Assembly (NCBI RefSeq): GCF_036321535.1
Contig: NC_087439.1
Span: 81,964,001 to 82,028,000 of the forward strand
Length of the DNA stretch: 64,000 bases
From: Camelus dromedarius
Taxonomy: Eukaryota
Direction of reading: 5' to 3'
Of this stretch, positions 21,360 through 45,259 are shown piece by piece (the stretch's first letter is position 1; every line of letters begins with the position of its first letter). The notes under the pieces are model-generated. The model made no database searches, was not told the DNA's origin, and saw only the letters and a program-made list of their open reading frames with translations. The translations under genes were made by a program, and so were the position numbers.

Positions 21360-22710
21360 CACTGTAATCACAAGGGTCCCTACAAATGGAAGAGTGAGGC
21401 AGGAGAGTCAGAGTCAGGGAAGGAGAGGTCAGATTGATGGCTTTCAGGATGGAAGGAGGTCATGAGTCAAGGAATGTGGACAGCCTCTTGATGGAAAAGG
21501 CAAGGAACAGATTCTCCCCTAGAGTCTTTAGAAAGAAGGCAACCCTGCCAACACCTTGAGTTTATCCCTAAATAGGTTTCCAGTTCCAATGGGGGGGGGG
21601 GGGCTCCCGGGAGGGCTCCCCCACCACACCACCAAGCAGTTCTCAGACACCAGCAGGGTGTTCGAGAATACAGCTTTCTGCCAGGAGCTAGCATCAGATT
21701 CCACAGGTTAGGGATTCAGTTCTACAAGACTGTCCTCCCACCCCTACCCCCCACTTCAGATGCCAGTTGCAAGTTCAGGTTGCTACTTGTACTTCTTTTT
21801 GTTTTGTTTTGTCAGGGGGTACTTAGTGTTGTTTGTTTATGTATTTATGTATTTATTTATTTAATGGAGGTACTGGGGATTGAACCCAGGATGCTGTGCA
21901 TGCTGAGCATGTGCTCTATCACTGAGCTTTACCCCCCCCCCCTTGTTACCTGTACTTCTGACTGACTGGCTATGAATTAGAGGTTACCACCACCTCCTCC
22001 TTGGGTTCAATTAATTTGCTAGAGAGGCTCACAGAGTTCAGGGAACATTTTACCTACTAGATCACTGGTTTATTATAAAAGGATATAAGTTAGGAGCAGT
22101 CAGATGGAAGAGATGCATAGGGAAAGGTATGGAGGAATGGTGCAGAGCTTCCATGCCCTCTCTAGGCATGCCAGCCTCCCATCACCTCCATGTGTTCACC
22201 AACCTGGAAGTTCTCTGAACCACATCCTTTTGAGTTTTTAATGGAAGCTTCATTATGTAGGGACAATTGATTAGATCACTGAACATTGGTGATTGAACTC
22301 AATTTCCAGACCCCTCCCTTCCCAGGAGGTTGGAAGGGGATAGTGGATCTGCCCCTTTAATCACTCGGTTGGCTCCACTGGCAAGTGGCCCCCATCCTTA
22401 GGTGGGTCCAAAAGTCACCTCATTAACATAAGAAAAGACAAGTTTTGATCACTGCCAACACTTGGGAAATACTAAGGGTTTGGGAACTGTGAGCCAGGAG
22501 GGGTGGACAAAGACCAAATAATATATAAGAAATACATTTTGGTCATCTAAGTAACCAAATATATATTTTTCTTATAAATCATAATATTACAATCCCCTTA
22601 AGACCTATTTTGGACTTCTGATCTCCAGAACTGTAAGATAACAAACTTGTGTTGTTTTAAGCTACTAAGTTTGTAGCAATTTGTTACAGCCAGGTTAGGA
22701 AACCAATGTA
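21360..22710 (+). mobile_element. MLT1 (ERVL-MaLR) LTR interrupted by a MER21/MER39-like LTR (~21570-22590), which itself carries a SINE
   Basis: The MLT1 5'/middle part (gtaatcacaagggtcc...aaggcaaggaacagattctcccctagag...ccctgccaacaccttga, 21360-21560) resumes at ~22600 (ttggacttctgatctccagaactgtaagataacaaacttgtgttgttttaagc.actaagtttgt.gcaatttgttacagc). Subfamily names tentative. Confidence 0.55.
21797..21943 (-). mobile_element. tRNA-derived SINE (Vic-1-like) with degenerate target-site duplication
   Basis: A/B-box head on -, (AAAT/ACAT)n tail. Flanked by tgctacttgtacttct (21781-21796) and tgttacctgtacttct (21944-21959), 14/16 identical. Confidence 0.8.
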
Positions 22711-24319
22711 GCAACAAATGTACCAAGTGGTGGCTACCTCTTAGGATGGGCAATAAGCTGCTTCAGTTCACCCAGTCCTCACCATTCTGAGTCTCCCTGA
22801 CACAGAAGACCAGTGCCTGTTGCCATTTAATATCATATGCTCAACCAACATCACATATTTATGTTACCCTGGCCCCTGTAGCAAGGAATTCACAATCCCT
22901 GAGCAGGTGTTATGGAAGGGGAAATGGAGAAGAAAGGGTACAGGGAAAACTGCCCAAGGAGTGTTGATGGAATATAGATTCTGCTTCTGATGGTGCAAGT
23001 GTGTTTGAATGTGCATGTACGTGCATGACTATGAGTGTGTATGTATCTCCTCAGGATAAATACAAATCTCCTGAATTGGGGCCATAAGCTCTGGGTAGGT
23101 GTACAGGTAATAGTCCACATTACCAGACGGAAAACTGTTAGACATTCACATACATGTACAGAATCTAGAAGATGATGTGAGGCACTTCTTCACTGTTCCC
23201 AATGCTTAGTTCATTGCTTAGCTCATCTACCCTACATGAGTGTCCACTCTCTCTTTGGATCTCTCTCCCTCTTCTCCTTGCTCATTGCTCTCTCCATCTT
23301 TTCTAACCTCTTCTCAGAGCCTCACCTCCATCTTGGAGCAGTGCAGCAAGGTCCTCAAAGTTTAAAATATCTTTACTGATTCCATCTGTGGGGTGGAGCT
23401 GAGCTTTAGTGCCCATCCCTCCGTTTTTTTCCAGACTGGAGCATCTACCAGCTGTCCTTCTTCTCACAGAAGCATCTTTCCAAAGGGATATCTCCATGTC
23501 TTCTCTCCTCCCCACTGTTCACTCAGGCTTGCTTCACATGCTCCACTGAGATGTTCTTGCCAGGGTTTCTAGTGACCTCCATCTTGCCAAAGCCAAAGGT
23601 CACACCTCTCTTTCTTCGTCTTTCTCAGCCACTCAGCAGTGTTTGACACAGTTGATCCTTACTTCATAGTGTTTCATAGTTGAAACACTTCTTTCTTGGC
23701 TTCGATGATGCCCCCTCTTCTGGTTTTTTCCTTGCCACTCATTCATTTTGGTCCTTGATGGCTTATCTCTAAAGGGTGCTCAGTCCCAGGCTCCCTCTTT
23801 TCTTCACATGCTTTTCTCCCTGGAGGAGCAATTGTTGAAGGTGGGTAATGAGTATATTGGGTTTTATTATATTATCTCTGCTTTGGGGTATATTTTTAAA
23901 TGTCCCTAATAAAAAGTGATTATAACATTACTAGGGTTATCCAAAAGAGGGTACATAGAGTATATACATTTCTAGACTGTAATGCAAGAATATAAAGAAA
24001 AAGAAAGACATATCACCTATATGCTGAGAACTCTCAAATGTATACCTCCATTTTGGACCTTTCTTCTGAATTCAGGCTCACATGACTATTTGCCTTCTTG
24101 ACATCATACCTTGAAAGCCCCATTAAACATCTCAAGATAACACACTCAAAGTACAACTCTCAATATACTACCCTCATCACACTCCCTGTCAAACCTGCTT
24201 CTGTCCTAGGCTTCTGAGCCTGAGTAAACAGTATCACCTTTCACCCAAGTGCTTAAGTTAAAAACCTAGAATCACCCTGCATTTCTTTCTTTCCCTCTCT
24301 TCTTCCCCTCTTTTATTAG

Positions 24320-24870
24320 TTAGAATGTTTTGGCTTCAAGTAATGGAAAGCCTAAAAACCAACAGCTTAAACAATGGGGATATTTATTATCCTGCAAGAA
24401 ATCTAAGTGTAGGGCGGTTCCAAGCTTGATTCGGTGATGTCATCAATAGGTCTGGTATTTCCAGCTTTCTGCTCTAGCATACTCAGTGGGCTGGTGACAT
24501 CTTTTCTCCTGATCATAAGATGGCTGCAGCAACTCCAAGTATCATACCCTAATATGACACCATCCTGAGGCAGGAAAAGAGGGTTTCCTCTCGCATCTCT
24601 TTTTATCAGGGAGAAAAGCCTTTCCTTAAAGCACCCTAGCAGACTTTCCCTTATATCTCACTGGCTCCATGCCTAAGCCAGTCACTGGAGGGAGCAAATG
24701 GAATTACCACGAATGGTTCAGACTAACCTAGACTCACCCATAGGTCTGGGGAAAGGCCATCTTCCTTGAACAAGTGGAAGGGTGAATAATTATACAAAAT
24801 CAGGACCATGCCAGCAAAGAAGAAATGGAGGCAGGGATCAGGTAAGGCTATTGGGTGGGTCTGCACACCC
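24320..24870. mobile_element. Old MLT1 (MaLR) LTR relic
   Basis: aacagcttaaacaa...gatatttatt, aagatggctgcagcaactcca and cagactttcccttatatctcactggc motifs typical of old MLT1 elements (from memory). Confidence 0.45.
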
Positions 24871-25029
24871 TACATTAGCATGTCTTATTAAACTACTTCA
24901 AACCCAGCTACTTCCCCCATCCCCCCTCTAGTCCAGGCCACCATCCCCTCCTTTCTGGATGCCTTCCCTAACTTCCTTACTAGCTTCCTGCTCCTACTCT
25001 TAAACCCCTATAAGGCATTCTCCACATAG

Positions 25030-25535
25030 CAACTGCAACAATCTCTCTAAAACAGAACACAAAGTAGGCAATGACACTTGCTTAAAACTCTCCCACTGCA
25101 CATGTAATAAAAGCCATTCTCCTCCCAGGCCCCTTTACATGATCTCATCTTGCATGGCTCCCTCCCTCCCTCCATCTTCAGCTTCCCTGAACAGCCAGGC
25201 TTGCTGCTTTGCATTCACAATTCTCTCTGCCTGGAGCACTAAGATCCAGACCTTGCTGTGGCTGACTCCCTGTCATTTCATTCAAACATCACCTTCTTCA
25301 AGAGCGGCTTCCTCTCAATGGTAGTCCCCCATCTCTTTCTGTGCCATTATCTTGTTTTGTTTTCTTTGTGTGTTCATTACTACCCAAAATTACTGTTTGT
25401 TTAGTTATTATGTCTTCCTATGAAAATGTAAACCCCTTAAAACCACCACTTTTTGTCCACCACTGTATCTCTGGCACCTGGAACAGTGCTTGGCACATAG
25501 CAGACACTCAATAAGTATTTATTGAAGGAATGAAG
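25030..25535 (+). mobile_element. L2 LINE 3' fragment
   Basis: Ends with the L2 3' signature ctgtatctctggcacctggaacagtgcttggcacatagcagacactcaataagtatttattgaaggaatgaa. Confidence 0.65.
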
Positions 25536-27398
25536 AGTATTGACTACCTCTCATTTTATAACTTAAATACATTAATATGCTGTCAAAAATCTCAGTCTTG
25601 TTACTCTGTTTTACATAAGACTCCTGCCTCTGCCTGACTTGAGGATAATTTTCTTTCCAGAATTGGTGTTGTCTATGTTGACTCTGAGATGCCCAACTCT
25701 GAAGATCAGTTGGGAGAAGTTGAAGTGCTAGCAGGAGACTTTTGGGCCCCAAATCCATCCATATGAATCATAATTCTTGAGGTCTATGACTTCATGGATC
25801 AACCCAGTGTAGACTGAGCTTCCTTACCTTTGCAGTGTTGGTTGACTGTGTCTTCTCTCTGGGGATCTTGGTCTCTTAGTTTCAGGTAGGAGAGAGAAGA
25901 CTTCAGTCCATAGCTCAAACCAGAGTTAACCATCTTGAAATTCTGGGTCACACCTTGGTATACTGTGATGAGAAAGGCTCTGAAAAAGCCCCAACTTCAA
26001 AATAACTCTCTCACCATTTGCCACAGTGACTGAAAAAAATTCACATTAGCAACTACTTCCTGGATAGGACTGCTAGATAAACTTCTTTTATTTGCTAAAC
26101 CTGGCATTTCTATTTCTGGTCATGGCTATTCACTGGAAGTGTGACTAAAGAGATGTAATGTGGTTTCCAGGTAGCATTAGGGGCCCTTTGAGGTTAGTGG
26201 TCATGCATTTGAAGTCAGATCAGTCAGTATGGTCCTGGGATTTTCTACTGCCACTGTTTAACTGGGTCAATGCATGCGCAGTTAGTGAAGAAATGGATTT
26301 AACCAGGGTTGTGATTTAGTCACATGAGGAAGCTGAAACTAGAGGGAGGTAAGGGAGTGGAGGGGTATGCAAGGGAGTGAGCACAACTGACCACAGAATT
26401 TAAGATGGGAAGGACTGAAATAAAGGCACAAGAGGAGGAGGAGACACTGTAAAAACTCTGCCATGTGGAAAGGAGAGAAGCACCAAGCCTGAGTCCCAAA
26501 AGAATCTTAATTTCACTGCTAATGAACACCCATGTGACCTTGGGCAAGACACAAGAGGCTTCCATTTCCTTTTCTTCCTCTGAGAGTGGAGGCCCTGCCT
26601 TGCCTACCTCACAAAATTGTTGAGGGACTCAGAGGAGATAAGGGGTGATGCTGCCTGAAGAACTACACAGCAGGATACAAATGTGAGAAGGTAACAGTTT
26701 TATCTCATAATTTTTTCTAAGGCCAGAAGACGACTCCTTCTGTGAGGAAATAAGGCCAGGCTAGACCAGCAAAGCCCTGCACTGGAACAGGGAGACACAC
26801 TTAGGAAAGCCCTGAGCCTCTGCTCAGCATCTTGTTTTGCCCATGGAGAACAACATCAATTCTAGACTAAGCACCTAAGAAAGTTTATCTTGTTTAATAT
26901 CACAATACAGACGAGAAGACTGAGGCAAAAGAAGATGGGGCTAAAGCCGATCTCTAGTTCCCACTGTTCTATGATATTCTGAGTTTCCACCCAGGAGGCC
27001 TCCTGTCAATCTCTTGCCCGAGGACTCATTATTTCTGGTTCACTGCAGACTCTCCTTAGCACCCCATGCCCACCTTTACTTCCAATCCTCACCCACACTG
27101 GGGATGGGGGTGGTGCTAGAGCTCAGGAGGCTTGATTTCTAAATCCTCTCCCACCTGCGAGGGCCAAGCTGTGCCACCAGGAAGCAGGGCTGTGCGGCTG
27201 AGCAACAGACACCTTTTGCCTGGGGCCTGGATACATGGAGCTTCCAGCAGGCCCCTCCTCTGCCCGCCCCACCTTGCTCCCCTGCTTGGACCCAGGCCCA
27301 GGCCCAGTGCTTGCCTGCTGCCTGGGAACCAAGTCAACAGGCCTGCCCTCCTGGGGCCGTTTCTAACAACACTCCCTCCCTGAGAGCAAGCCAGAGAG

Positions 27399-27504
27399 TA
27401 TAAGGAGGCCTGCGGCTGTGGGTCCCTCACAGACCTGTCCCTGCCTTCCGTCTCGCAGCTGACAGACAGACAGACAGACTCCAGCCAGCCCCCAGCCAGG
27501 CAGA

Positions 27505-27513
<9 letters not shown>
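27399..27513 (+). promoter_or_regulatory. Candidate promoter and single-codon exon 1 of the + strand alpha-tubulin
   Basis: TATAAG at 27399-27404, a ~75-100 nt leader containing (GACA)n, then cagaATG (27505-27507; A at -3) followed directly by the donor GTGAGC. This is the canonical alpha-tubulin exon-1 architecture. Confidence 0.75.
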
Positions 27514-32758
<5,245 letters not shown>

Positions 32759-32780
32759 GGGAATCCTCTTGTCTGTCCTA

Positions 32781-32786
32781 AATAAA
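32781..32786 (+). terminator. Polyadenylation signal of the TUBA1D-like gene
   Basis: AATAAA 23 nt after the stop, followed by T/GT-rich sequence. Confidence 0.7.
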
Positions 32787-34734
32787 GTTCTGTGGCCTTA
32801 CTGTCTCACAAATGTTTTTTCTCTTGGGAAAAACCATTGGAGGGGGGAGGGCTTTTGCTTTGTAAGAGATAGGAAGGCTGTATCTTAGCCTGGTTCCCCA
32901 GAAAGCAAATCTGACTTCAGATTTCATTACAGAGTGCAATTCCAGGGAGCAGAATGGGAGCCAAGGCAGGTAACAGCAGAGAAGGAAGGAGAAGTCACCC
33001 TAGAGAAGATGTAGCTGGACAAATGGCATCTCAGAACCATTCCTTGGGAAAGTGGGCAGGAGAGGAGGTGAGGGTGGAGAACTTACACACTGGCTCCATT
33101 CTTCCATTGGTTACACCTTGACCCCATCAGACATTAACTCACCTGCACTTCCAGGTTGCACACACTTGGGGCTACAGGGTCAACAGGGAAACCCTGGGGC
33201 AGGAGGTAAGGCACTGTTAAGTTGTCCATGTACAAAACCTGGTGTGAGTCGCACAGGGCTGCCACAAGAGCCTGGTGAAGCCAGGGGATCTGAAGTGGTG
33301 CCTTTAGAGTAGTTGATGTAGCTGGTGCTCACCAGCCCACCCTCCTGTCCTTCAGGCAGGAGGTTTGTGTGTAGAGTCAGGATGCCGGCATTAAGGCAGA
33401 GCAGTGGCACAGTGGCAGCAACAATGGGGAAATGGCTGGGAGTTGGGGGTGGGGGGCTTACGTCCCTGTAAACTCCATCACACTCACCACTTTTTGATAA
33501 AGACAAATGACCTTTCTTTAAACCTATGCCACATGCACAGCTTTAAGCCCCCACTTCCAACCAGATGGCTGCCCCTAAAATCCTTGCATGTGGATTTTCT
33601 GTAGTGCCTGTTGGGCTGGAGGAATGGTTTAACCACTGGAGGTGCTGGAACTAGGGCAATCCCCACCCTACCCCCAGCCCCAGAGAGATGCAATGCTCAC
33701 TGTTGCCCTGGCCTCTGTCTTTCCTGCAGTGTCCCTTTCCCAGGACTGGATGCTGTGACGGAAACCCAAAAGTCAGCAACATCAGGAAGCTGCTATCACC
33801 TTAGGACTGGAGGAACCAAGGGATGAGATGATGATGCCAGAGCCTAGGAGGTGGGGTGGCTAGGTGGGAGTTGGAGCCACAGTGGAACTAACCAAAGAGA
33901 GCAAGAGGGCCAAGGAGGGAGGGGCATTTGGCTGGGTTCAGAGCCATGGAGGAGACACAGCACTGCCTGAGTTCCCTCTGACTTTGATAGAAGGGGCAAT
34001 ATATCCTGGCTTCTCCCTTCCTCCCCTCCTGAATCTCCAGTCAGTGGTTCCCACTGGCTGAACCTTGACAGCAGCTAGTTGGTAAGAGGGAGCCTAGGAA
34101 AAAGGAGGTGCAGCCTGTGATATACAAAACCGGGCAGGGAAGGTGGGGTGTGGATCTCAGAGAAAAGAGGCAAATAAAACACATACCGGCACACACCCGT
34201 ACCTGGGTCTAGCACAGGATGGCACTCAGGTAAAACTGGAAATGGAGTGACTCCTCCATTTTCCCATCTGGTCCCCCTCTCCTGTCCCTGTCATTCATCT
34301 CAACAAGTATTTTGTAAGTAGAGGATGGAGTGGAGGCAACAGGATAGTGGGGCATTTAGGGGAGAAAATGGACACACGCAGCCCAGCAGCCTCCTCCCTC
34401 TATTTCGCAATGATTTGCCCAGAGAGAGCAAGTATTCTCAATGCCTCGGTGGGGATTCTGGCTGACAGGGGAAGCTCCTGGAAGACAGAGGCCTGCAGTT
34501 GTGTGTATAAGTGTGTGTTGTTGGGGTAGATGGATAATTTAACTATTCTATTTCAGAGCCCATTTTGGCTGAATAGCTAGGCTATATCCTCTAATTTGTT
34601 TGTTTGTTTGTTTGTTTCTCTAAAAGGGCTGACTTTCAAATTTCTGTCCTATGTCTTTCTCTCAACTGGCTTCAAACTGAGGGAAGGAAGAGGGATTATT
34701 TTGGGAGCCTTTCAAACCACAAGACATTGCTGTC

Positions 34735-35045
34735 ATTTATTGAGCACTTACTGTCTACAAGGCCCTGCGTCCATACTATCTTGTTTAATTCTGAGGTAAA
34801 TACAGTTATGACACCCACTGGGCTAGACACCCCACAGGAACAAGGCTTGCTCTACACTCAGCACCCACAGTGCTGCCCGACACATAGTAGATTCTCGATA
34901 CTTATTGAATAGACTTGTGTAGTGAATGCCTATGTTATCGATGGGGAGACTGAGGCTCAGAGAAGTCATGTGACTTGCACAAGGTTACTTAGCCAGTTAA
35001 GTGGAAGAGTCAGAATTTAAACCTCAGTCAGCCTGAGTCAAAGCT
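34735..35045 (-). mobile_element. MIR (interrupted)
   Basis: catttattgagcacttact...; atggggagactgaggctcagagaagtcatgtgacttgcacaaggttac...gtcagaatttaaacctcag. Boundaries approximate. Confidence 0.6.
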
Positions 35046-35989
35046 TACGTTGTTGCCCTTCTCTTTCTCAGGTGTCCTCCTGTCCTGCCCACAGCAGGTC
35101 CAGGCACCCTTCAAGGTGCTATGTCTTCTGGGTCTGCCAGGTCCCCAGTGCTCAGACAGTGACTCAGGTGCCTTGAAGGCAGGGACAGGGTGGTGCCTGA
35201 CACTCCCCTGCCCAGGCACTGTAGCAGAGGGCGTGTGTGTGAGATGGGGTGCAGGGACCCAGCTTCTGACAATGAACAAGGGCAGAGGTGTCTTTGGGGC
35301 CAAGTTTTGAGGCTGTCAGTATCCTCTAATAGCACCATCCTCCACTGACATCTCGAAGGAGGTGAAGGGAGGGCTTGGGAGAAGCCGAGAGGGAGGTCTC
35401 TGAGGGATGTGAGGTCTCCACCTGCCAAGATGGCTGGGTATCCACAGACGTCGCCAGGCTCCCCTCCTGACTATTGTACCAGCCAACCCACCCTGGGCAG
35501 CTGGTTGCCCATCTCCTCTCAGCTAGTAACTCTGTAGGCAAGCACTGGCAGGCCTAGGTTGGACTGGGTGTGAGTGTGGGGAGGTGACAACCCAGATCTC
35601 CATGGAGCAGCTGGAAGCACCACCCAGCCTGGTTCCTGGGGACTCCCTCGGTGCAGGGGAATGCTTTCATCTCTAATACTTCTAAAGCCAGGGTACAATT
35701 ACCTCCTGCAGGCAGACAGAAGAGACAGTTCCCCAACCTTGGATTCCACCCAGTACATTTATTCCCTCGCCTCTGATGTGTCAGGAACACGCTGCCTCCA
35801 AAGCTGCATTGCCTCCTTCAGGGACACCACCTCCCCCTGCTTGCCTCAATGTTGCCATTCTTCCCAGCTTAGGTCACAGTTACCCAGACCTATCCAGCCC
35901 TGGAGACCTCTCCTGCCTCTAGATTCTCGCCCCTGCTGGCTGTCTCCATCACTCACTTGGTACTAGGCATGGACTGCCTTGGACCGTAA

Positions 35990-36900
35990 CATTTAATTTC
36001 TTGCTGATATCCTATTCCCCTAGCTAGCTTTTAAAAGATTATGTATGTATTTGACCAGTTATTATGTGCACATGCTTTGGAATTCAAAAGGGATCAAAGA
36101 GGTTTACAAACAGCAAAAATAAATCTCTGCAGTGAAAATAAGTCCCCTTCATTTGTTCCTCTCTTGGCAGCCACCACTGTTCACTTTTTGGTTAGTGTTT
36201 TCTTCCAGACATCTATGAAGAAACTAATGTGTCCACACATATTTAAATACCCTTTTACACCTTTCGGTTAACAATAAATCTAGAAGACAGTCCGTATCAT
36301 TACATATACATATGCCTCCATATTTTTGGTGACAGTATAGTATTCCGTTCTATAATGTACCATTGCTTATTTAACCAGTCTGCTATTATTGGGTATGTAG
36401 ATTGTGTCTAGTCCTTCGGTATTGAAAAGAATCCTGCAACATTTGTACCTACTTCTTTGCATCCATGTACAACCATGAATTATTAGAATTGGCATTACTA
36501 GGTCAAAGGCTATGCATCTTTAATTTTGATATACTCCATATTGCTCTCTTTAGAAGCTGTATCCAAATTACCCCTCCCACTACCAATATATGAGAATGTC
36601 TGTGCCCACAGCCTTGCCCATGCAACATATTAAACTTTTTGATCTTTGTCAATCACCCAGTGAGTGAAAGTATTTTGTTGTAGCTTTCCTTTATAATTCT
36701 TTTCCTATGAGTGAGACTGAGCATCTTCTGATGTTTAAAAGCCAGTATCGTCTCTTCTGTGCCCTTTGCCCATTTAAAAAAAAAACGGCATTGTTTGCCT
36801 TTTATGAATTTATTGGAATTCTTTGTGAACAAAGGGAATTAACCCTTTGTTTGCTAGATGTGTTCCATCTAATTTCCTTCACTTGTCCTTTGTCTGTGTC
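35990..36900 (-). mobile_element. Old L1 (L1M-type) fragment
   Basis: AT-rich tract with L1 3'-region-like phrases (tttaaccagtctgctatt, attactaggtcaaagg.tatgca, accaatatatgagaatgtctgt, gagactgagcatctt). Subfamily not assignable by eye. Confidence 0.5.
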
Positions 36901-39384
36901 CCAATGTGATTTTCATCTCCCTGGGTACAGGGACTATAACTTAAACCTCTTTGTATTCCTATTCTTAATACCACATACATGGTAGGTGCTAGACCAATGT
37001 CTGTTGAGATAAGGGAAATAAGACAAAAGATAGAGATTTAGAAGATTTAGGAGTGACCTAACCTAACCTATTTTTCATCTTATACCAAGGTCAGTCAGGA
37101 CTTCTGTTGGAAACAGCAGAAACTAACTCTGGCAAAATAAAAAAAGAAAAGGAAACACACACACACACAAGTTGGAGAGATCCTGGTTAGCATACAGAAT
37201 CAATATGAGGGCTGTCAAGCAAGGCTCCACAAACAGGTAGATACCAAGAGAAGCTGGGCAACCAGCACCACAGCCAAGGTCAGGGCCTAAAAAACCCTTG
37301 TCCCCTCCACCCACTGCAGTGGGGCCTCTTCCCACCCAGGCACTGAGGCTGACATTTCCTCCTCCAGACAGTAGAGGCCGCTGCTGCCTCTGCTGCCACC
37401 ACTGCAGAAATGAATTCTCAACTGCCCCAGCTTCTCTCTGACTTGCTCCAGATTCAAAATCCCAGTTGGAGCTTTCAGCTGGCAGAATGTCCGGCTTTTG
37501 CCTGCCCCCCCTTAGAGCTAGGAAGTCTGGGAAAGTGAGGGTTGGGTTTTGTGGCAGGTAATGGCCTGCCTCCCATCAAAGCCTACGCAATGGGAATTTG
37601 CCAGATGTAGGTAGGTAAGAGGCTCCTAGACTGCAAGTAGCTAGGAAAACTGGACAAACTCATACCACGCTCTTGCCTCATGTCTGTCTCAAGCCTTTCC
37701 TTTTGGTGAAGCATTTCTGGGTCACCCAGCCTGAAACACTCTGCTGTATTTTCATAATCATTATTGCTTGGGGAAGTCATGATGCCAGAGAGGATTTGTA
37801 CTAAGACCTACTATGTAGCACACCTCATTTGACTTTCAAACAGCCTTAGGCATTACCTGTATTTAGGGAGGAAAAACTGAGTCCTCAGGAGGTTTTCCTG
37901 TCACACAGTAGTACCAGGTTGCAAACCCAGGTCTGTCTGTTTCCAAAGCCTTGGGGTTTCCCAGTGTGCTATACTGATGGGCTGGTATCTTACCAAGTTG
38001 CAGCTCTGTGAAGGCAGGGATTGGGCCATAGTCTTCTTTTTACATCCTGGCAGCATCTACAATATAGAAGATGCTCAGCTAATGCTTATGGATTGGCCCA
38101 GATATCAAGCAGGAAACAGTTCTGGAAAGTTCTCTAAATTTCCCATGAGGCCTGAACCCAGGGATCACTTTGAGGTGGAAGAGGTTAACTCAGAATCAGT
38201 TTAGAAAGAAAAACGTCAAATCTGGGGAATTACCTATTCCTTTTTGGTTTTGTTTTGTTTTTCCTTTTTCCCTTTAACCCCAAATCCCCAAAATGTGTCA
38301 AAACTGTTAACATGTTGCCATCTGTTCATTATTTAATCATACAATAGATATTTTTGAAACCCACTACTGTCTTAATATTCTAGTGAAAAAAAAGACATAA
38401 TCTCTGTCCTACAGAATTTACATCCTCGTGGTGGAGGTGAATGTCAATCAAATAATCAAACAAATAAATGGTAATTTGTTGCTCTGACAAGTGTGAGGAA
38501 GGATGCCTCGAGATGCTATGAGAGGCTGGTCGGACCTACTTAGGAAAGTCTGGGCAGCTTCTTTTGAGGACCTGGAGCTGGAGCAGGGATCTGAAGAAGA
38601 GAGGAGGGTTTGGACCCAGAGGGGAGTCTGTGAGTCCGTGAGGTGGTGATTGTCTTCGGGTGAGTAACCATCGGTCATGGAGCCTGTCTATAGGAAAGCC
38701 ACAGAGGAGCCAGGGATCGGGTGGCTTGTTTGTCGGCGAGTGCATCACGCTTGGATGGAGCCTGCTGCTGTCTCCCAGGTCCCATCTGGGGATGACGTTG
38801 TGCTGGTGCAAGCCCAAAATAGCCGGCTCCGCCCCCATCTCCCGGCAGCCCCTGCAGCAGCACCCCCCACCCCCCACCCCCAGGTGACAGGCTGAGCCGG
38901 CCTCCTCTGGGTCTCTAGTAGTTTCCGTGTCGCTGACGCATGCTTGCGCGCACAGCTGGGCCGGCCGCGTCCTACGCAGCAGCCGCGAGCCGGGCAGCCG
39001 GTGCCAGACGGTTCCCGGCGGGGGGCAGGGGCGGGGCGCTGCAGGAGGCCAGGGACTCCAGGCGGAGGAGGTGCGGGCAGGGGCCCCCGAACAGACTGGG
39101 GAGCCCTGGACCGGGCCGCTGGAGTTTAAGGGCTGCAATAGGGCGCTCCGGCCCTGCGCCCCGAGATAGCCCGAGGCACTGGCCTGCACGGGCCGATAAG
39201 GCTGCCTGAGGGAGCCTAGTCACCGGCAGCCAGCAGAGCCCAGCGGGCTCCGCTGCCCCGTGGGAGAGACCCCCTCCGCCCCGGGGGGCTCCAGCCCCAG
39301 GGAGGAGCTCGCAGCTCTTTCGGCCTGACTCTTCCTTCTCTACTGCAGCCCTAAGGAGACCCACCTGAAGACTAACGAGTTGCC

Positions 39385-44279
<4,895 letters not shown>

Positions 44280-45248
44280 TCACCAGGCCCAATCCACCCT
44301 GATTCAGGGTGACCAGGGGTCCTGCTCACTATCAGGCAAGCAGAGAGGGGCGTGACCTGAGTTACAGGCGCCTCCCCGCACCTCTGCCTCCACGCTCCCT
44401 CCCAGGTCCACACACCTCCAGTGTGGACTTGGGATTTGCTGTGCTCAGCCCATGGCTGATAGGTCCCTGGTGAAGCCCAGGGTGGAGGGTGGGGGGGTCA
44501 CAGGGCAGCCAGAGGGCCTGAGGAGTCAGGATGCGCTTACTCTTATTAGAAGGGGAGTTTCTAAGGGGCATTAGTGGCTTGGGTCAGGCTTTTTGTGCCT
44601 TGGTCTTCTGCCATCTATGTTGCTGATGATATTAAGGAAGGAGGACTTGGCCTGAGGTTCTCTGAGCCAGAGTTGGCAGCTACAACTCCCCTTGTCCGGC
44701 TGCAGACACCCCCACCCTGGTTTCTGCGCAGTGTTGAGCTCTGACGTGTCTGTCGCTTCCCTCCTGGTGCTGCTTCTCCCTTGCACTCTTCTCTCTGCAA
44801 TTCCCCGCGGGCCACATCGCTTGCTTTCACTGCCGTCTGGCTGGGACTCCCTTCTTCCTTCCCCCAGAGGCCTCTTTGTGGCAAGGAAGATGCTGTGGCC
44901 GGTAGGGCCATAAGGTCTTCCGGGGAGGCTAGCTGGGTGGGGCGGGAGCCTCTCAGCCATCCAGATTCGGAACCGGAGCCCACTCCTCCTCCCTTCCTCT
45001 TGCTGCCTCAGCCTGCCCCAGGCCTTGGGACTAGCCAGAGGTGAGGCTGGCTAACCCTGAAGAGGGGGGATAAGGCCAGGGTGCCCCAGGAGGGAGGCCC
45101 AGGAGGGGACCATACCCTGTCCTCCTGCACCATGCATCAGGGCTCAGGGAGAGGCCACAGGGCTAGCCCAGGTCTGCATGCTCAGCTCCATCCTCCACGG
45201 CTTGCTGCTGACCCTTTCTCCTGTCACCCGCCCCTGCTCTCTCCCCAG

Positions 45249-45259
45249 ATGTGTTCTGA
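45249..45259 (+). CDS. DNAJB2: Alternative terminal coding exon of the DNAJB2 short isoform (HSJ1a type, ...GKKPADVF*), 278 aa
   Basis: The internal donor CAG|GTGGGC after 44127 joins the acceptor ctccccag| before 45249 to give GAT GTG TTC TGA, the known HSJ1a ending. Confidence 0.9.

Noticed and set aside
25600-26290. Non-repetitive-looking intergenic block as a possible processed pseudogene
   Set aside because: No long ORF, poly-A tail or protein similarity that I can recognise; probably an old unclassified repeat. Needs a BLAST/Dfam search.
38536-39189. 217-aa - strand ORF over the DNAJB2 promoter
   Set aside because: CpG-island open frame with no recognisable protein features or splice support.
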